Part shown: positions 28,810-39,184 of the stretch, in pieces
How positions within the stretch are numbered: position 1 is the stretch's first letter
Layout: each line of letters starts with the position of its first letter
Source of the DNA: Andalucia godoyi And28
Lineage: Eukaryota > Protista > Jakobida
Direction of reading: 5' to 3'
Length of the DNA: 64,000 bases
Assembly: GCA_009859145.1 (NCBI GenBank)
Contig: VRVR01000021.1
Location: 9,507 to 73,506, forward strand
Position numbers and translations under genes: made by a program
The notes under the pieces: model-generated
Told to the model about the DNA's origin: nothing
Databases searched by the model: none
What the model saw: the letters and a program-made list of their open reading frames with translations, nothing else

Positions 28810-30942
28810 ATGAAGAAAGCAGGACGAAGCGCATTCGAGGCAAAGTACGAGTACGAGATGTGTGCCTACATGCAGAATCCGCGAGTACGAGATCGGGTGG
28901 ACCGCGTGCTGCAAGATCATCTCTCAGACCGCTCGATTCGAACCTCGCTGCTGATTGAACAAGCGTCGTGGAATCCCCCGCGGGAATCAAAGCATTATAC
29001 GTACGTGAACTGGGATGATGCTGGTGCTGCTGGTTCTTCTGCGAACGCAGAGTCTCCGCGAAACAGGCTGTCTTCCAAGGCAAGGGTGCAGCCGACGGCG
29101 CCGTGTCCAATTTCGTCATTCACGGTACTGTCGTTGCTGTGGAATCAAAGAATCACTTCCATCAGGCTGGTGTTTGTGGATGCCAATCCAAGAAACGAAG
29201 AGGAGCGCGGTGTGTGGAGTGACTTTTGGAGTGCCGTCTTCGAATACGCTTCATCTCTCCGGGAAATCGTGTTGGAGAGAAACCGCATGCGTCCAGACAG
29301 CTTGCCATTCTTACCTCGACTGCTGCTTGAAAACCACTCGATAGAAAGCATATGCATCCGAGATAACTTCATTCCTCCAATTCACACATGCGCATCCTAC
29401 TCCGGTTCAGAAGCAGTCGAAAAAATAGACGACATGCGTCATCCTTCTCCTGTATGCTTCGTGTGGAGCCAACTATTGTCGCGTCCGCTGAGTCCGATTA
29501 CGAGGCTGAATCTCGATGAATGCGGCTTGGATTCGGACTGCGTCATCCTGCTTGCAAAGGCTTTCTCCAAGGCTGATGGAGGCATTTTGCAACACCTGTC
29601 GCTGCGCACCAACCTGTTTAGTCGTGAAGCATTTCTCCAATTAGTATCGTCTCTGAAAGCGTCGTCCACGCTTGTCTCTCTGGACGTTTCGTCGTGCTCT
29701 GCAATGGGAAGGTCATCGACGCCGCTTTGTGGCTGGGCGTCTGCGTTTTCCAAATGGGTATGTGATTCGCCGAGCCTCCGAGTCGTCAAGCTCGCAAACT
29801 GTTTCATAAGCCCCGATCACGGTCTGGCCCTTGTGCAGGGTCTCCCGAACTGCCTCTGCAGGAGTTTTTGTTTGGACTTAACCAACAACGGGCTGTCTGT
29901 TTCTTACCAATTCTTAGTTGGACTGAATGACTATGTTTCCTCCAAATCCCCCCTCCATGACGTGCTCCTCTTTCACGATCCGTCGCACGCATCCGACAAC
30001 ACCCGTACAATGACCCAGTCGTCGAGTTTTGATGAATTGCGAAGCGATGTTATTGGTGAGTTCGACAAGGGTTTGCAAGTTGCGTCGGCTTGTAGCGATG
30101 CTGCCGTTTATGAAATTCGACAAAACTATGTACATCTCTGTGCAGCAACCGCGGATGCTCAAGGAGAATTTCTTGCGTTCTGGCTCCCACTGTTTCACAA
30201 GAGAATGGGGTGGGAATTTTCGATCGCGGACAACCAGGTGGAATTCCGCTCTCGCACCGTTTCCTCCTACAAGTTGTCCGTCCCAAGAACACTAAAGGCA
30301 TTCATGACGGGGTTTCTCGATGCTACTGACGCGTGCGCGAATTCGTGCCAGTCTTTATTTGGCGCGTGGGTTCGCAGAGGAGGATGCGCATTTTTTCCAT
30401 CCGTCCTGAAATCCTTGACGGAGGCGACGGCCTTTTCCTGCGAACGACTGGTGTCCGGAGCGCTATTCCCCCGTCCATCCTCTCAATTGATCCAAATATA
30501 CCATTGCCAGACTGGATCCATGTTCTCCGCGCACCGATGTGTGCTTGAAGTTTCTCCGTTTTTTAGGGGCCTTCTTGCAAGTTCGGCGGCGGGGTTTGAA
30601 GAAGCCCGCGAGCTGTCTCAAAATGGCCGTATCGTTTTGCATTTTGAGAATCTGCCAGCAGTCTTTCCATGCATTTTGTGTTTTCTGTACTTTGGAATCC
30701 CTCATTTCTTGGAGGCTTCGAATGCGCTGCAGGTGCTCGAGTTCGCTCACTTGTTCGACTTGCGTGGCCTTGTAACGCAGGCCGAGGCATTCATTATTGG
30801 GAGGATGGGAGACTTTGATTGTGCAGAATTGGAACGAACCGCTGTGATGTACGGTCTGCGCGTTCTCCAAACGAAAGCACACGCTGTGCAGGCTCACAAT
30901 GCAAGAGTGAAGCGCTTTCCCTTTAGTCGGTCAGTGTCTTGA
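28810..30942 (+). CDS. RNI-like LRR protein with C-terminal BTB/POZ domain
   Basis: LRR segments ITRLNLDECGL, LQHLSLRTNLF and LVSLDVSSC; C-terminal FSAHRCVLEVSPFFRGLL...ILCFLY...LEFAHLFDL BTB pattern. Confidence 0.72.
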   Translation: MKKAGRSAFEAKYEYEMCAYMQNPRVRDRVDRVLQDHLSDRSIRTSLLIEQASWNPPRESKHYTYVNWDDAGAAGSSANAESPRNRLSSKARVQPTAPCPISSFTVLSLLWNQRITSIRLVFVDANPRNEEERGVWSDFWSAVFEYASSLREIVLERNRMRPDSLPFLPRLLLENHSIESICIRDNFIPPIHTCASYSGSEAVEKIDDMRHPSPVCFVWSQLLSRPLSPITRLNLDECGLDSDCVILLAKAFSKADGGILQHLSLRTNLFSREAFLQLVSSLKASSTLVSLDVSSCSAMGRSSTPLCGWASAFSKWVCDSPSLRVVKLANCFISPDHGLALVQGLPNCLCRSFCLDLTNNGLSVSYQFLVGLNDYVSSKSPLHDVLLFHDPSHASDNTRTMTQSSSFDELRSDVIGEFDKGLQVASACSDAAVYEIRQNYVHLCAATADAQGEFLAFWLPLFHKRMGWEFSIADNQVEFRSRTVSSYKLSVPRTLKAFMTGFLDATDACANSCQSLFGAWVRRGGCAFFPSVLKSLTEATAFSCERLVSGALFPRPSSQLIQIYHCQTGSMFSAHRCVLEVSPFFRGLLASSAAGFEEARELSQNGRIVLHFENLPAVFPCILCFLYFGIPHFLEASNALQVLEFAHLFDLRGLVTQAEAFIIGRMGDFDCAELERTAVMYGLRVLQTKAHAVQAHNARVKRFPFSRSVS

Positions 30943-31145
30943 TTCCCCCGGTCAAACAGAAGGAGTTCCGTCACTCGACACGATAGTTTGTGGCGGAGGT
31001 CGTTTTAGCATTTTAAATATTAAATGTTTTGGTTTAAATTTAAAAACATAAAAAACAGTTTTAAAAAAAAGTATGAGGACAAACACGAAGCAAAACGAAA
31101 AGGTGCGTCAGTACCCCAATTTTCAGGTATCGAACAGGGCCGGTA

Positions 31146-33035
31146 TCAAACGGCTTTTTCACTCCCAGCTTTGGCACTGGTAACGCCGTCCTTGTGCGAA
31201 GTCTGCCTGGAGCTCCGTGAATGCTTTTCACGAAAATACGCAAATCGATATCTTACCGAAGCACGATCTGCAAGCGTTAAGAGCTTGGCGTCGGCGACTT
31301 TTTGAATCGTTTTGAAACCGTCAGAAGGGACGCTTGCTGTAGCTTCCGCCGTCCACATGCTTATTCGATCATCATCTCCTGGAAGACAAGCGAGACAAGA
31401 CACAACGAGATCCGCATTGTTTCTGCGGCAAACAACTCCAGAACCCATGTGAATCATGTGATTGTCCAGGTGCAACATCTCCGGTATCTTGTCTGGTAAA
31501 TTGAGCCCAAGCTTCGAGCCCACGGTCCTGCGATTTCGACTCATGAAGAACAGGAAACGAACGAAAAGCAGCGGGACGGATGGCTGCACGCAATCCAGAG
31601 ACACCACGCAGGGGAAGTGATTCCCAGAGCACAAGTCTGCAAACGACGGGAGGTTTGGAAAATGCATCCGGAGAAATGAACAAAATATCACGTACAAGAG
31701 AGGCTCCAGTGCCCCGGGACCCTGCGGGAAAAGCGTGCTCGCGAGGAAATTATACAAGACTTCCGATTGCGGAAATGAGCTTTGCATTCCTGTCCAAAGG
31801 GCGCTGAGTAAGAACGAGTCAAACGGCCGACGATGCGGCTGCGATGCCATAACCGACGCGCGGGCATCCGAGACACACATCATGGAGAGAGCAAAGAGGC
31901 ACGCGGAAACGTGCTTGTGTGCTGGATCGCAGGGAATAAACAAGTCCAAATCATAACCATGTCTCTCACTTCCTAATGAGAAAGCGCGGTAGAACTGGAA
32001 TTGGATTGGAGGGAACGAGAGTCCCTCGATCGATCGTGCGGCATTGTCAAACGTGTCGATGGGGTCCTCAATCCATATCAGCCTGTCTGCGAAATGCAGC
32101 TCTTGCGCCGGTAGATGCTCTTGAGCTAAGACGTCCTTGTATGTTTGCGCAATGTCTTTTCGTAAAACAGGAGTTTGAACACGAATTGACACGGCCCGCG
32201 TCGAATAGTCGAAGTCGTTTGCAAAGAATGCGAAGAATCCGTACAGCAGTGCATCGACTGTCAGGTCGTTCTTCGACTTCCATGTCCGAATGACAGACAG
32301 GGCTTGGGAAGGGAAAAGATAACTCGACAAGTGGTTAACGTCTGGGAAGTCCTTGCAGGTCATCTTCATGTGTCCTGCAGCAGCGGCCCACAGACGCCCT
32401 CGCTCCACGTTCAGTTCAAGCACAGGAATAACCTCTTGTTGTTGAAGATAGAACAGCAGCATCAAGATGAGCGAGTATGAATTGAAATAGCCTGTTGAAG
32501 ACACAATTCCTCTCCGTTTTCCCCAATGCTTCACAAGCAGGCCTAGAGGCCGAACTCTGGGGTCCATACGCGAATATGTCGACAACAGCTCCGAGTTCAG
32601 CAGCACTTTGGGATTCGCACCGAACGACAGGTCGCATTGTAACGGCAAGCGACTATCAGCGGTCTTGACGAGGACTGCAAACTTGACAAGAGGCACGCGA
32701 GCATGCAGGATGTCTATAACACGACCAATGGATACCAACCGGTTCTTCGGAGACCGTGCCGCATTCCGCAGGCATCGGAGAACCCGTTCGGGCGACACCG
32801 CCGGATTCAAGTACATCATATCAATGTCGAATGCGCCGTGTGTGCAGAACCCATTTGAAAAGGACCCGAATATATGCAGCGGAACACTCTCGACGGTGTC
32901 TCCAGGCGACCCAAAGCAGTCCAGCAGCAGTGCCTTCAGCTCCGTCAAAACAGCCGACACAGCAGCCCAGTCCGCACTCGACAACTTGAATGTCTCCACC
33001 AAGCTCGACAAGCATTCACGACAGTCTTGCTGCAT
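31146..33035 (-). CDS. Non-canonical poly(A)/poly(U) polymerase (Cid1/TUTase/GLD-2 family); possible extra 5' exon 33254..33166
   Basis: FGSFSNG...DIDM nucleotidyltransferase motif, CDLSF, KHWGKRRG, NSYSLILM, PAP-associated WIEDPIDTFDNAAR. Confidence 0.9.
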   Translation of the reverse strand: MQQDCRECLSSLVETFKLSSADWAAVSAVLTELKALLLDCFGSPGDTVESVPLHIFGSFSNGFCTHGAFDIDMMYLNPAVSPERVLRCLRNAARSPKNRLVSIGRVIDILHARVPLVKFAVLVKTADSRLPLQCDLSFGANPKVLLNSELLSTYSRMDPRVRPLGLLVKHWGKRRGIVSSTGYFNSYSLILMLLFYLQQQEVIPVLELNVERGRLWAAAAGHMKMTCKDFPDVNHLSSYLFPSQALSVIRTWKSKNDLTVDALLYGFFAFFANDFDYSTRAVSIRVQTPVLRKDIAQTYKDVLAQEHLPAQELHFADRLIWIEDPIDTFDNAARSIEGLSFPPIQFQFYRAFSLGSERHGYDLDLFIPCDPAHKHVSACLFALSMMCVSDARASVMASQPHRRPFDSFLLSALWTGMQSSFPQSEVLYNFLASTLFPQGPGALEPLLYVIFCSFLRMHFPNLPSFADLCSGNHFPCVVSLDCVQPSVPLLFVRFLFFMSRNRRTVGSKLGLNLPDKIPEMLHLDNHMIHMGSGVVCRRNNADLVVSCLACLPGDDDRISMWTAEATASVPSDGFKTIQKVADAKLLTLADRASVRYRFAYFREKHSRSSRQTSHKDGVTSAKAGSEKAV

Positions 33036-33733
33036 ACTAGTGTTTCTTGCTCTATCGACACCGTATCAGCGTCGTTCCGATTCCTCAGCGCTTCATTCCT
33101 TCATAGTACGTGACCTCGTTCCGTAAATCTGCAAGCCGCAAGCCACACAGCGAGCCCCTCAGTACCGCAGAGTACTGTAGTAGAACGAGCGACGGCTGCC
33201 CCCCTGCTGCTGTCTCACGTGAGCCTTGGAACGCGAGCAAGACGGGCGAAGCATGCCTGCTGTAAAAAACAAAACCCGATCTGTCTAGGATGTGTGCTTG
33301 TGTGTGTCCAAAGCGGGTCAGGCGACGCCACAAAGAACAGAGTGTTTGCGTTTTTTCGAGTTCTTGGGAATTGGTGTACTACCACGTCGCCCAGAAATTA
33401 AATTAAAATAATAGTTAATAAATAAATAAAGGGACGTGCGGGTGTGGGATACATGCAAGCAAGCAATTCATTTTCTTTTTCCGTATATTTTTTCTCTTGT
33501 GGTTTTTTGGGTTTTTGGTTTTTGGGTGGTTTGGTCTCAAAGAATTTAAAAAAGTAGTGTGTGGCTGCATCAGAAAGACTAATCAATTCTGTCCTCATGT
33601 GTTTTCAGACTAACAGGAAATCTTGTACATCATGTGCAACAAGAAATGAAAAAAGGAATGGAATAAGGAACGGAGTCGCGCGAAAAAGACAAAACATCTG
33701 AATGCTCGAGAAAATAGGGCTAAGCTGCAGCGT

Positions 33734-34027
33734 CTAACGTGCAATCTCGTTGTCAGGAAACGTTTTACAACAGCTGCACAGATTATTCCAAAAGAGAAAG
33801 TCGTCGCTGACGGGTGCGGAATACTCTTCGGGAAAAGGCGAATACGCTGCTTCGAAACAACTCTGCTTTAGGTGCCTATCAAACGTTGGAGTCCTCAATG
33901 ACGTCTTAACATACATCATCCAGAACACGCGTGGGTGGCTTGCTCGTAGTTGATCCGCCGCTTGCCAGTCAAATCCATCCCCCCGACGTCTGCGAATTTC
34001 GGAAATAGATTGTGAACAATGCGTCAT
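33734..34027 (-). CDS. Possible 97-aa orphan ORF
   Basis: ATG-initiated ORF filling an otherwise empty spacer; no family recognised. Confidence 0.22.
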   Translation of the reverse strand: MTHCSQSISEIRRRRGDGFDWQAADQLRASHPRVFWMMYVKTSLRTPTFDRHLKQSCFEAAYSPFPEEYSAPVSDDFLFWNNLCSCCKTFPDNEIAR

Positions 34028-34288
34028 ATGCAAAATAATAAGCATGGGTGATATTTGCAACCAAATTTTTTTTTTAAAATTGAAGGGGGGAAACGACGTC
34101 TGAAATACAACCAATAAAAATCATTTTTCCATTCTGCAAGCATTGATGAACTGCTGTCCGAGAGCTCGTGAGGGCAGGAATCCCCGTCGCCGCAGATACG
34201 ATTTCTGCAGGGATTATTTATTTATTTTATTATGTTTATTTTGTTTTTTATAGAGACGTTGAAAGTGAGGTGCGGACCGAGACGGGAT

Positions 34289-35623
34289 ATGAAGAAGGAT
34301 TCTTCGTTGGTATTCCCAAGTGAATGGTTAAGGGTTGTCGAGGAATCCGGTCGAGGACGATACCTTGTTGCACAGCAGTTCGTTCCAGAAGGGACGGTAG
34401 TTTGGAGCGAGAAGGCATTTGCATGCGGAATCGATACTGATTTCTTGCGTTACGGGTGTTCGTACTGCCACTCCATGTTTGATCCGCTTGGGTTTTTGGA
34501 AACTGCAGCAACCCGCACGATGGCATCTGACGAAGAGTCTGCGTATCTGGAGCACTCTGGATTGATCTACTGTGCATCTCAGCCGCAGAGCCATGCAGAG
34601 GAATCCATGCATTGTGTGGAGGCCGCTTCAAAAGAGACAGGTCGCGTCAATTGCACAGAGTGTCGCAGATCGTACTGCGACACGGAATGCTTCCGAAATG
34701 GTCACGCCGACCGGGAGTGCTTGCTGCTCAGCTCGTGGTACGAAGATCCTGTTACGCCGCTTATTCACAAGGACCACCAGACAGTCGCGAGACTCGTGTT
34801 GAATGGAATTGCGATGGGAAATGTATCGAAGCTTTTGTTTCTGGTTTCGAACGAAGAAGCGTTCAGTTCGGAAATGAGAATTGCGTATTCCGCAGTCGCG
34901 CAGTCCGTGATGAGGGCGGTCAAGGCGTGTGAAATGGCCCATGGAGCATTGGATGTCGACGAAAACGAGGTCTACCAAATGTGTTGTCACCAGCATTGCA
35001 ATGTTTTTGGTGCTTGGGTCAACTTCAAAGTGTCGGTGGCCACAAATGCGCTGTTCTGGTCTTCACTGTTCAATCACTCGTGTTTCCCGAATGTCGTCAA
35101 GGAAGATGCTTGGGGAGGGCTTATTCGGTTCCACGCAGTCCGGGACATCAACGCTGGCGACGCAGTCTGTATTTCGTATGTCAGTGTGTGCGATCTGCAA
35201 AGCGTGCGGCAATCGGAGCTGTACCGCCACTATTTTTTCCACTGCGACTGCATTCGATGCCGAACATTGGACGAGAACGAGGATCACGAGGGACTGGAGC
35301 AGCAAAAGGAAGCCAACCACTGGGTACGAATGCACAGCTGTTCTTGCGGAGGCACCTATGTCCCATATGCAAACAGGCCGCTTTCACAAGTCCCGCGCAT
35401 GCACCCGGCGTTCCGCAAACTCGCGGCGGCAGATGCTCAGCACCCGGCGCATCCAGAGGAATCCTGTCCCAATGTACACCAAGTCGTCGAAGGTAAAGAC
35501 GGCGTTGTTCGAGTCACGAAAGAGAAGCTCGTCTCTGGCTACATTTGCCACTATTGCTACTCGACTACCACCGTGCTTGCCGGCGAAAGACTTTGCGTCG
35601 CATCGAAGCCCAAATCCCGGTAA
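34289..35623 (+). CDS. SET-MYND (SMYD-type) lysine methyltransferase
   Basis: GRGRYLVA N-terminal SET half, split MYND Cys cluster, SLFNHSCFPN, ISY, post-SET FHCDCIRC. Confidence 0.9.
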   Translation: MKKDSSLVFPSEWLRVVEESGRGRYLVAQQFVPEGTVVWSEKAFACGIDTDFLRYGCSYCHSMFDPLGFLETAATRTMASDEESAYLEHSGLIYCASQPQSHAEESMHCVEAASKETGRVNCTECRRSYCDTECFRNGHADRECLLLSSWYEDPVTPLIHKDHQTVARLVLNGIAMGNVSKLLFLVSNEEAFSSEMRIAYSAVAQSVMRAVKACEMAHGALDVDENEVYQMCCHQHCNVFGAWVNFKVSVATNALFWSSLFNHSCFPNVVKEDAWGGLIRFHAVRDINAGDAVCISYVSVCDLQSVRQSELYRHYFFHCDCIRCRTLDENEDHEGLEQQKEANHWVRMHSCSCGGTYVPYANRPLSQVPRMHPAFRKLAAADAQHPAHPEESCPNVHQVVEGKDGVVRVTKEKLVSGYICHYCYSTTTVLAGERLCVASKPKSR

Positions 35624-35625
35624 TA

Positions 35626-35859
35626 CCCTCCAACCCAAACCTCTCCAAATATTTGGTTCGCATGCTGCGCCTCAGACAATTTGTTATTGTTTTTTGGCGT
35701 AGAGGGACTTTTTACAATCAGCATCAGTGCCCATCATCGACTACAAGGAAATCGGTTGTCAGCACTCGACAGCGTCTCATTGGGCCTCGACCTGCACACC
35801 CTCAGCCATGCTATCCGATGGCATTCACAGCCATCCACCAGTCGTTTTAGGTTGGAGGG
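35626..35859 (+). mobile_element. MITE-like element family 3, copy B (234 bp, 14-bp terminal inverted repeats)
   Basis: CCCTCCAACCCAAA at 35626 and TTTAGGTTGGAGGG ending at 35859; homologous to 18336-18545; begins 2 nt after the SMYD stop codon. Confidence 0.65.
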
Positions 35860-36045
35860 TTTTATAGTACAACGTCTCTACATCGCTGGCGGCTGTACCT
35901 GCCGCCAAACTGCTCCTCCTGCATCGGGAGAAATACTTTTGTTATAATGTCCGACGATGGACGAATCGTTGTTTTGAAAGAAAAGACGCTCCTGTTTTTT
36001 CTTTGTGTCGATCACCGATTCTTTAATAAACGTCGCATTTATAGC

Positions 36046-37519
36046 ATGTTTCGTGCTGGGCTTTCGCGGGTCGTTGCTGCTGCTGCTGCTGCTTCTCCGC
36101 AGCTAAGGATTTTTCGGTCGACTGTGCATGACCCATGGTTCAATCTCGCGACCGAAGAATGGATATTTAACCACTTGGAACCGAGTTCGCACACTTTGTT
36201 CTTGTGGAGAAACGACAAGACAGTTTGTATTTTGTTTTGTTTTTTATAGTTCCTCTCTATGGCTGTTCGCTGTTTCGGAGTCCATTTTTTTTCTCATGAA
36301 TGTTAATACGATTTGTGTTTTGTGCTTTGTGTTTTGTTTTTGGCGACGTATTTTTGTTCCCTTTCTTTTTTTGCTGCACCGAGTAGGTTGTGATTGGGCG
36401 AAACCAGAATCCGTGGAAGGAGTGTCATTTGCAAAAGATGGAAGATGACCGTGTGCTGCTCGCGCGTCGCAAGTCTGGAGGAGGCGCTGTGTTTCAAGAC
36501 CTGTATGACTTTCGGAAATTGTAATTGTGTTGGTTCGAATTGTGAGTGCAGCAAGTAGAGATGCTAACATTCGGGAAAATTTCTTGATTTTACGTCTGCT
36601 CGTTAGAGGAAACACGTGTTTCACGTTCATGTCGCCGATGGAGTCATATTCAAAGGACAACAATGGCAGAATCTTGATCGAGTCTTTGAAAGCGTTTGGG
36701 ATTTCTGCCGAGGCCTCCGGGCGAAATGATCTCGTCATATCGGACACGAAGCGCAAGTTTTCAGGGTCTGCATTCAAGATCACTCGTGACCGAGCATTTC
36801 ACCACGGAACGCTGCTTATCAACGTCGACATGACCGGAATGGGTAAGTATTTGAACCCGAGTAAAGCAAAGCTGCTATCCAAGGGTGTGACGTCAGTTCA
36901 GGCTCGCGTTGTGAATCTGACAGAGTTGAATCCTGCCATTTCGCACGAAGGACTGTGTTCACGCATTGAAGGTGAGTTTTGCAGGTTCTACGGTGTGGAC
37001 ACCAAACTCGTTGCGCGGGAAGATCTTCAGTACGAAACATTGTCGCAGATCGAAGAACTGAAGAGTTGCTACGAGTCAATGAAGGACTGGAACTGGAGGT
37101 TCGGGCAAACCCCAGACTTCACACACCATATGGAAAATAGGTTCAACTGGGCAACCATGGACGTGCAGATCGATTCTGAAAACGGCGTGATTTCGAAGAT
37201 TGCTGTGTACTCGGATTCCTTGTTTCCTCTGCTTGTGGATCTACTCCGCGAGAACCTCAGGAATGCGCGGTATGATCACCACGGGATGCGTGATGCTTTC
37301 AACAAAATTCGAGCGCAGCTACATGCACTTTCTGTTCCCGTTGAAGAGCGCACGGTGGATCTCCCAGTCCAACACATCTCGGAGGAGACCACAAAAGATC
37401 CTCGCGTCTTGTTTTCGCGGACTGTGTTGGAGGAAACGTCCATGATCTCCGCAATTGACCGTGATGGCATGCTTTCCCAGCTGGACGAGTTTGAAAACTG
37501 GTTCATTGCATCCATGTAA
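36046..37519 (+). CDS. lplA: Mitochondrion-targeted lipoate-protein ligase A; join(36046..36222,36387..36502,36607..37519)
   Basis: Spliced product reads NLATEEW...LWRNDKT|[13 protein letters not shown]...[13 protein letters not shown]|GNTCFTF...RKFSGSAF...HHGTLL; presequence [13 protein letters not shown]; spliced length 1206 nt. Confidence 0.93.
36223..36386 (+). other. Spliceosomal intron 1 of lplA (164 nt)
   Basis: GTTTGT donor and TAG acceptor; restores the [10 protein letters not shown] motif. Confidence 0.88.
36503..36606 (+). other. Spliceosomal intron 2 of lplA (104 nt)
   Basis: GTATGA donor, GCTAAC branch point and TTAG acceptor; restores QDLGN. Confidence 0.92.
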
Positions 37520-37720
37520 TAATGCTACAAGGAAGAGTCGTATTCTGGGACACCTTTTTCTTACACACACACACACACACACAAAGAAATACAAACTGTG
37601 ACTATTACTGCAGCGGGGTGCTGCTATTGTAGACAACTAAAAGGAACGATCGAACGGGTGGGTTGGTCACAGTAGCGACCGCTGCTGTTGCGATTGTTGC
37701 TGATTTTCGGAAAGTAACAC

Positions 37721-38890
37721 TCACGCAACACCGTACAAAAACAAGAGAGGAACATAAAATCTCTGTGACCAGTATACCTCTGAGTGCTGAGCACCATCCG
37801 CTACGTAGTGCATGGCGGTCACATTGGCTCTCCAGCCTGTCTGAATCAAGTCCTGAAACACGCTCTCCGTCTGCACAACATCATCGTTATCGGGTCCAGC
37901 GTTCCCGGAATCAACGTAGACGACCGAGCCTGCCGAAAGTGCGTCTTTCCCATACATTGGCAGGATGGTGTTCCTGAAATCTTCAGAATTCCACCAGAAG
38001 GAGGAAGACATGCAACCGGCAAATGGAAACACATGCGGCCGAGTCATCGCTGCGTAGCAAGAGACCAGACCGCCAAGGGAGCTTCCCAGAATGCCCATGC
38101 TGCCCGCCAGTCTCGAGAATCTCGGGTACCGCTCGAACGCAGCAGGAACCACAGTCTGCACGATAAAGTCCAGATAAGAGTCGGCCTTCCCACCCTGCCC
38201 GACGGTTGGATCCACCGAGTACGTGAGTTCATCGATGCGGTCCGCAGTGTTGTCCACAGCAACCACCATGATTTCATGCATCTTCTCCCCCATAATCAAG
38301 CCATCCAGTGTTTCTTGTGCATGCCACGAGTTCCCCATGAACGCCGTGCTCGCATTAAACACGTTCTGCCCATCGTGCATGATGAGCAAAGGGAAGTCCG
38401 TTCTGTATGGATTCTCGACGAACGATGGCGGCAAATAGACGACGAGGTCTCTCGAGTTGTTCAGCTGTTCCGAGAACACATCCCTGACATAAACGTACGA
38501 TCCACGAGAACTGTAAAAGAACGGGTACACTCTGCACAGCGAACTCGTCGCCAACGGGTCTGACCGGACCGGAAAGCAATACGAGTTCGGACCCAGCTGC
38601 CAATCGGAGTCTCCCACGAGAACTTTGAGCGCAAGTCCCGTGTCACACGCTGCACGAAGCACAGTGCTCCACAAGTCGTTGTTGGACGACGATCGGGACA
38701 GCAGCATTCCGCTCTTCCAATTCAGCCCGTTCCCAGAACCGCGGAGATATAGCAATGCCGAGTCGTGCAGCAACGAGTGATCGTACCACACTTCAACAGT
38801 ACATGACGCCGCCGCCGACGACGATGGCCGGAGGAAAAGTCCAAGAACCACCAGAAGGATCGCATGCGCATACTGTCGTCCGCCCATCAT
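37721..38890 (-). CDS. Secreted alpha/beta-hydrolase (putative esterase, Fes/IroE-like) with N-terminal beta-sandwich domain
   Basis: Signal peptide; VYLPPSF, LLIMHDGQN, GSSLGG nucleophile, YVDSG, HSEVYW. Confidence 0.85.
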   Translation of the reverse strand: MMGGRQYAHAILLVVLGLFLRPSSSAAASCTVEVWYDHSLLHDSALLYLRGSGNGLNWKSGMLLSRSSSNNDLWSTVLRAACDTGLALKVLVGDSDWQLGPNSYCFPVRSDPLATSSLCRVYPFFYSSRGSYVYVRDVFSEQLNNSRDLVVYLPPSFVENPYRTDFPLLIMHDGQNVFNASTAFMGNSWHAQETLDGLIMGEKMHEIMVVAVDNTADRIDELTYSVDPTVGQGGKADSYLDFIVQTVVPAAFERYPRFSRLAGSMGILGSSLGGLVSCYAAMTRPHVFPFAGCMSSSFWWNSEDFRNTILPMYGKDALSAGSVVYVDSGNAGPDNDDVVQTESVFQDLIQTGWRANVTAMHYVADGAQHSEVYWSQRFYVPLLFLYGVA

Positions 38891-39184
38891 CCTCTTGTTT
38901 TTTTTTTTCTTTTTTTCTTTTTCCTGCGTCTCCCAGTGCCGCTGCCAAGAACTGCCCCGCAGCGGATGTATCCTGTTCTGCAAACGTTTGCAGCCCTTGC
39001 ACAGGACCTTCCGGAAAAAGGGAAGCCAGGAAAACCACTGTAGTCCAGAGGGAATCGACACATGTCAACTCGTACCTCTTGAGGTTGAAAACTCCGGAAG
39101 AGCTGACGCAAGCGTCGACTGTCGAGCACTGACATATTGGAGTGGTTGGACACGGGGCGATGGGAAGTCGGTGGAGAGAAGGAA

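Noticed and set aside
33036-33254. Three in-frame TGAs upstream of the TUTase as readthrough or selenocysteine codons
   Set aside because: TGA is a normal stop elsewhere in the window, no SECIS was seen, and a simple intron or a UTR explains them
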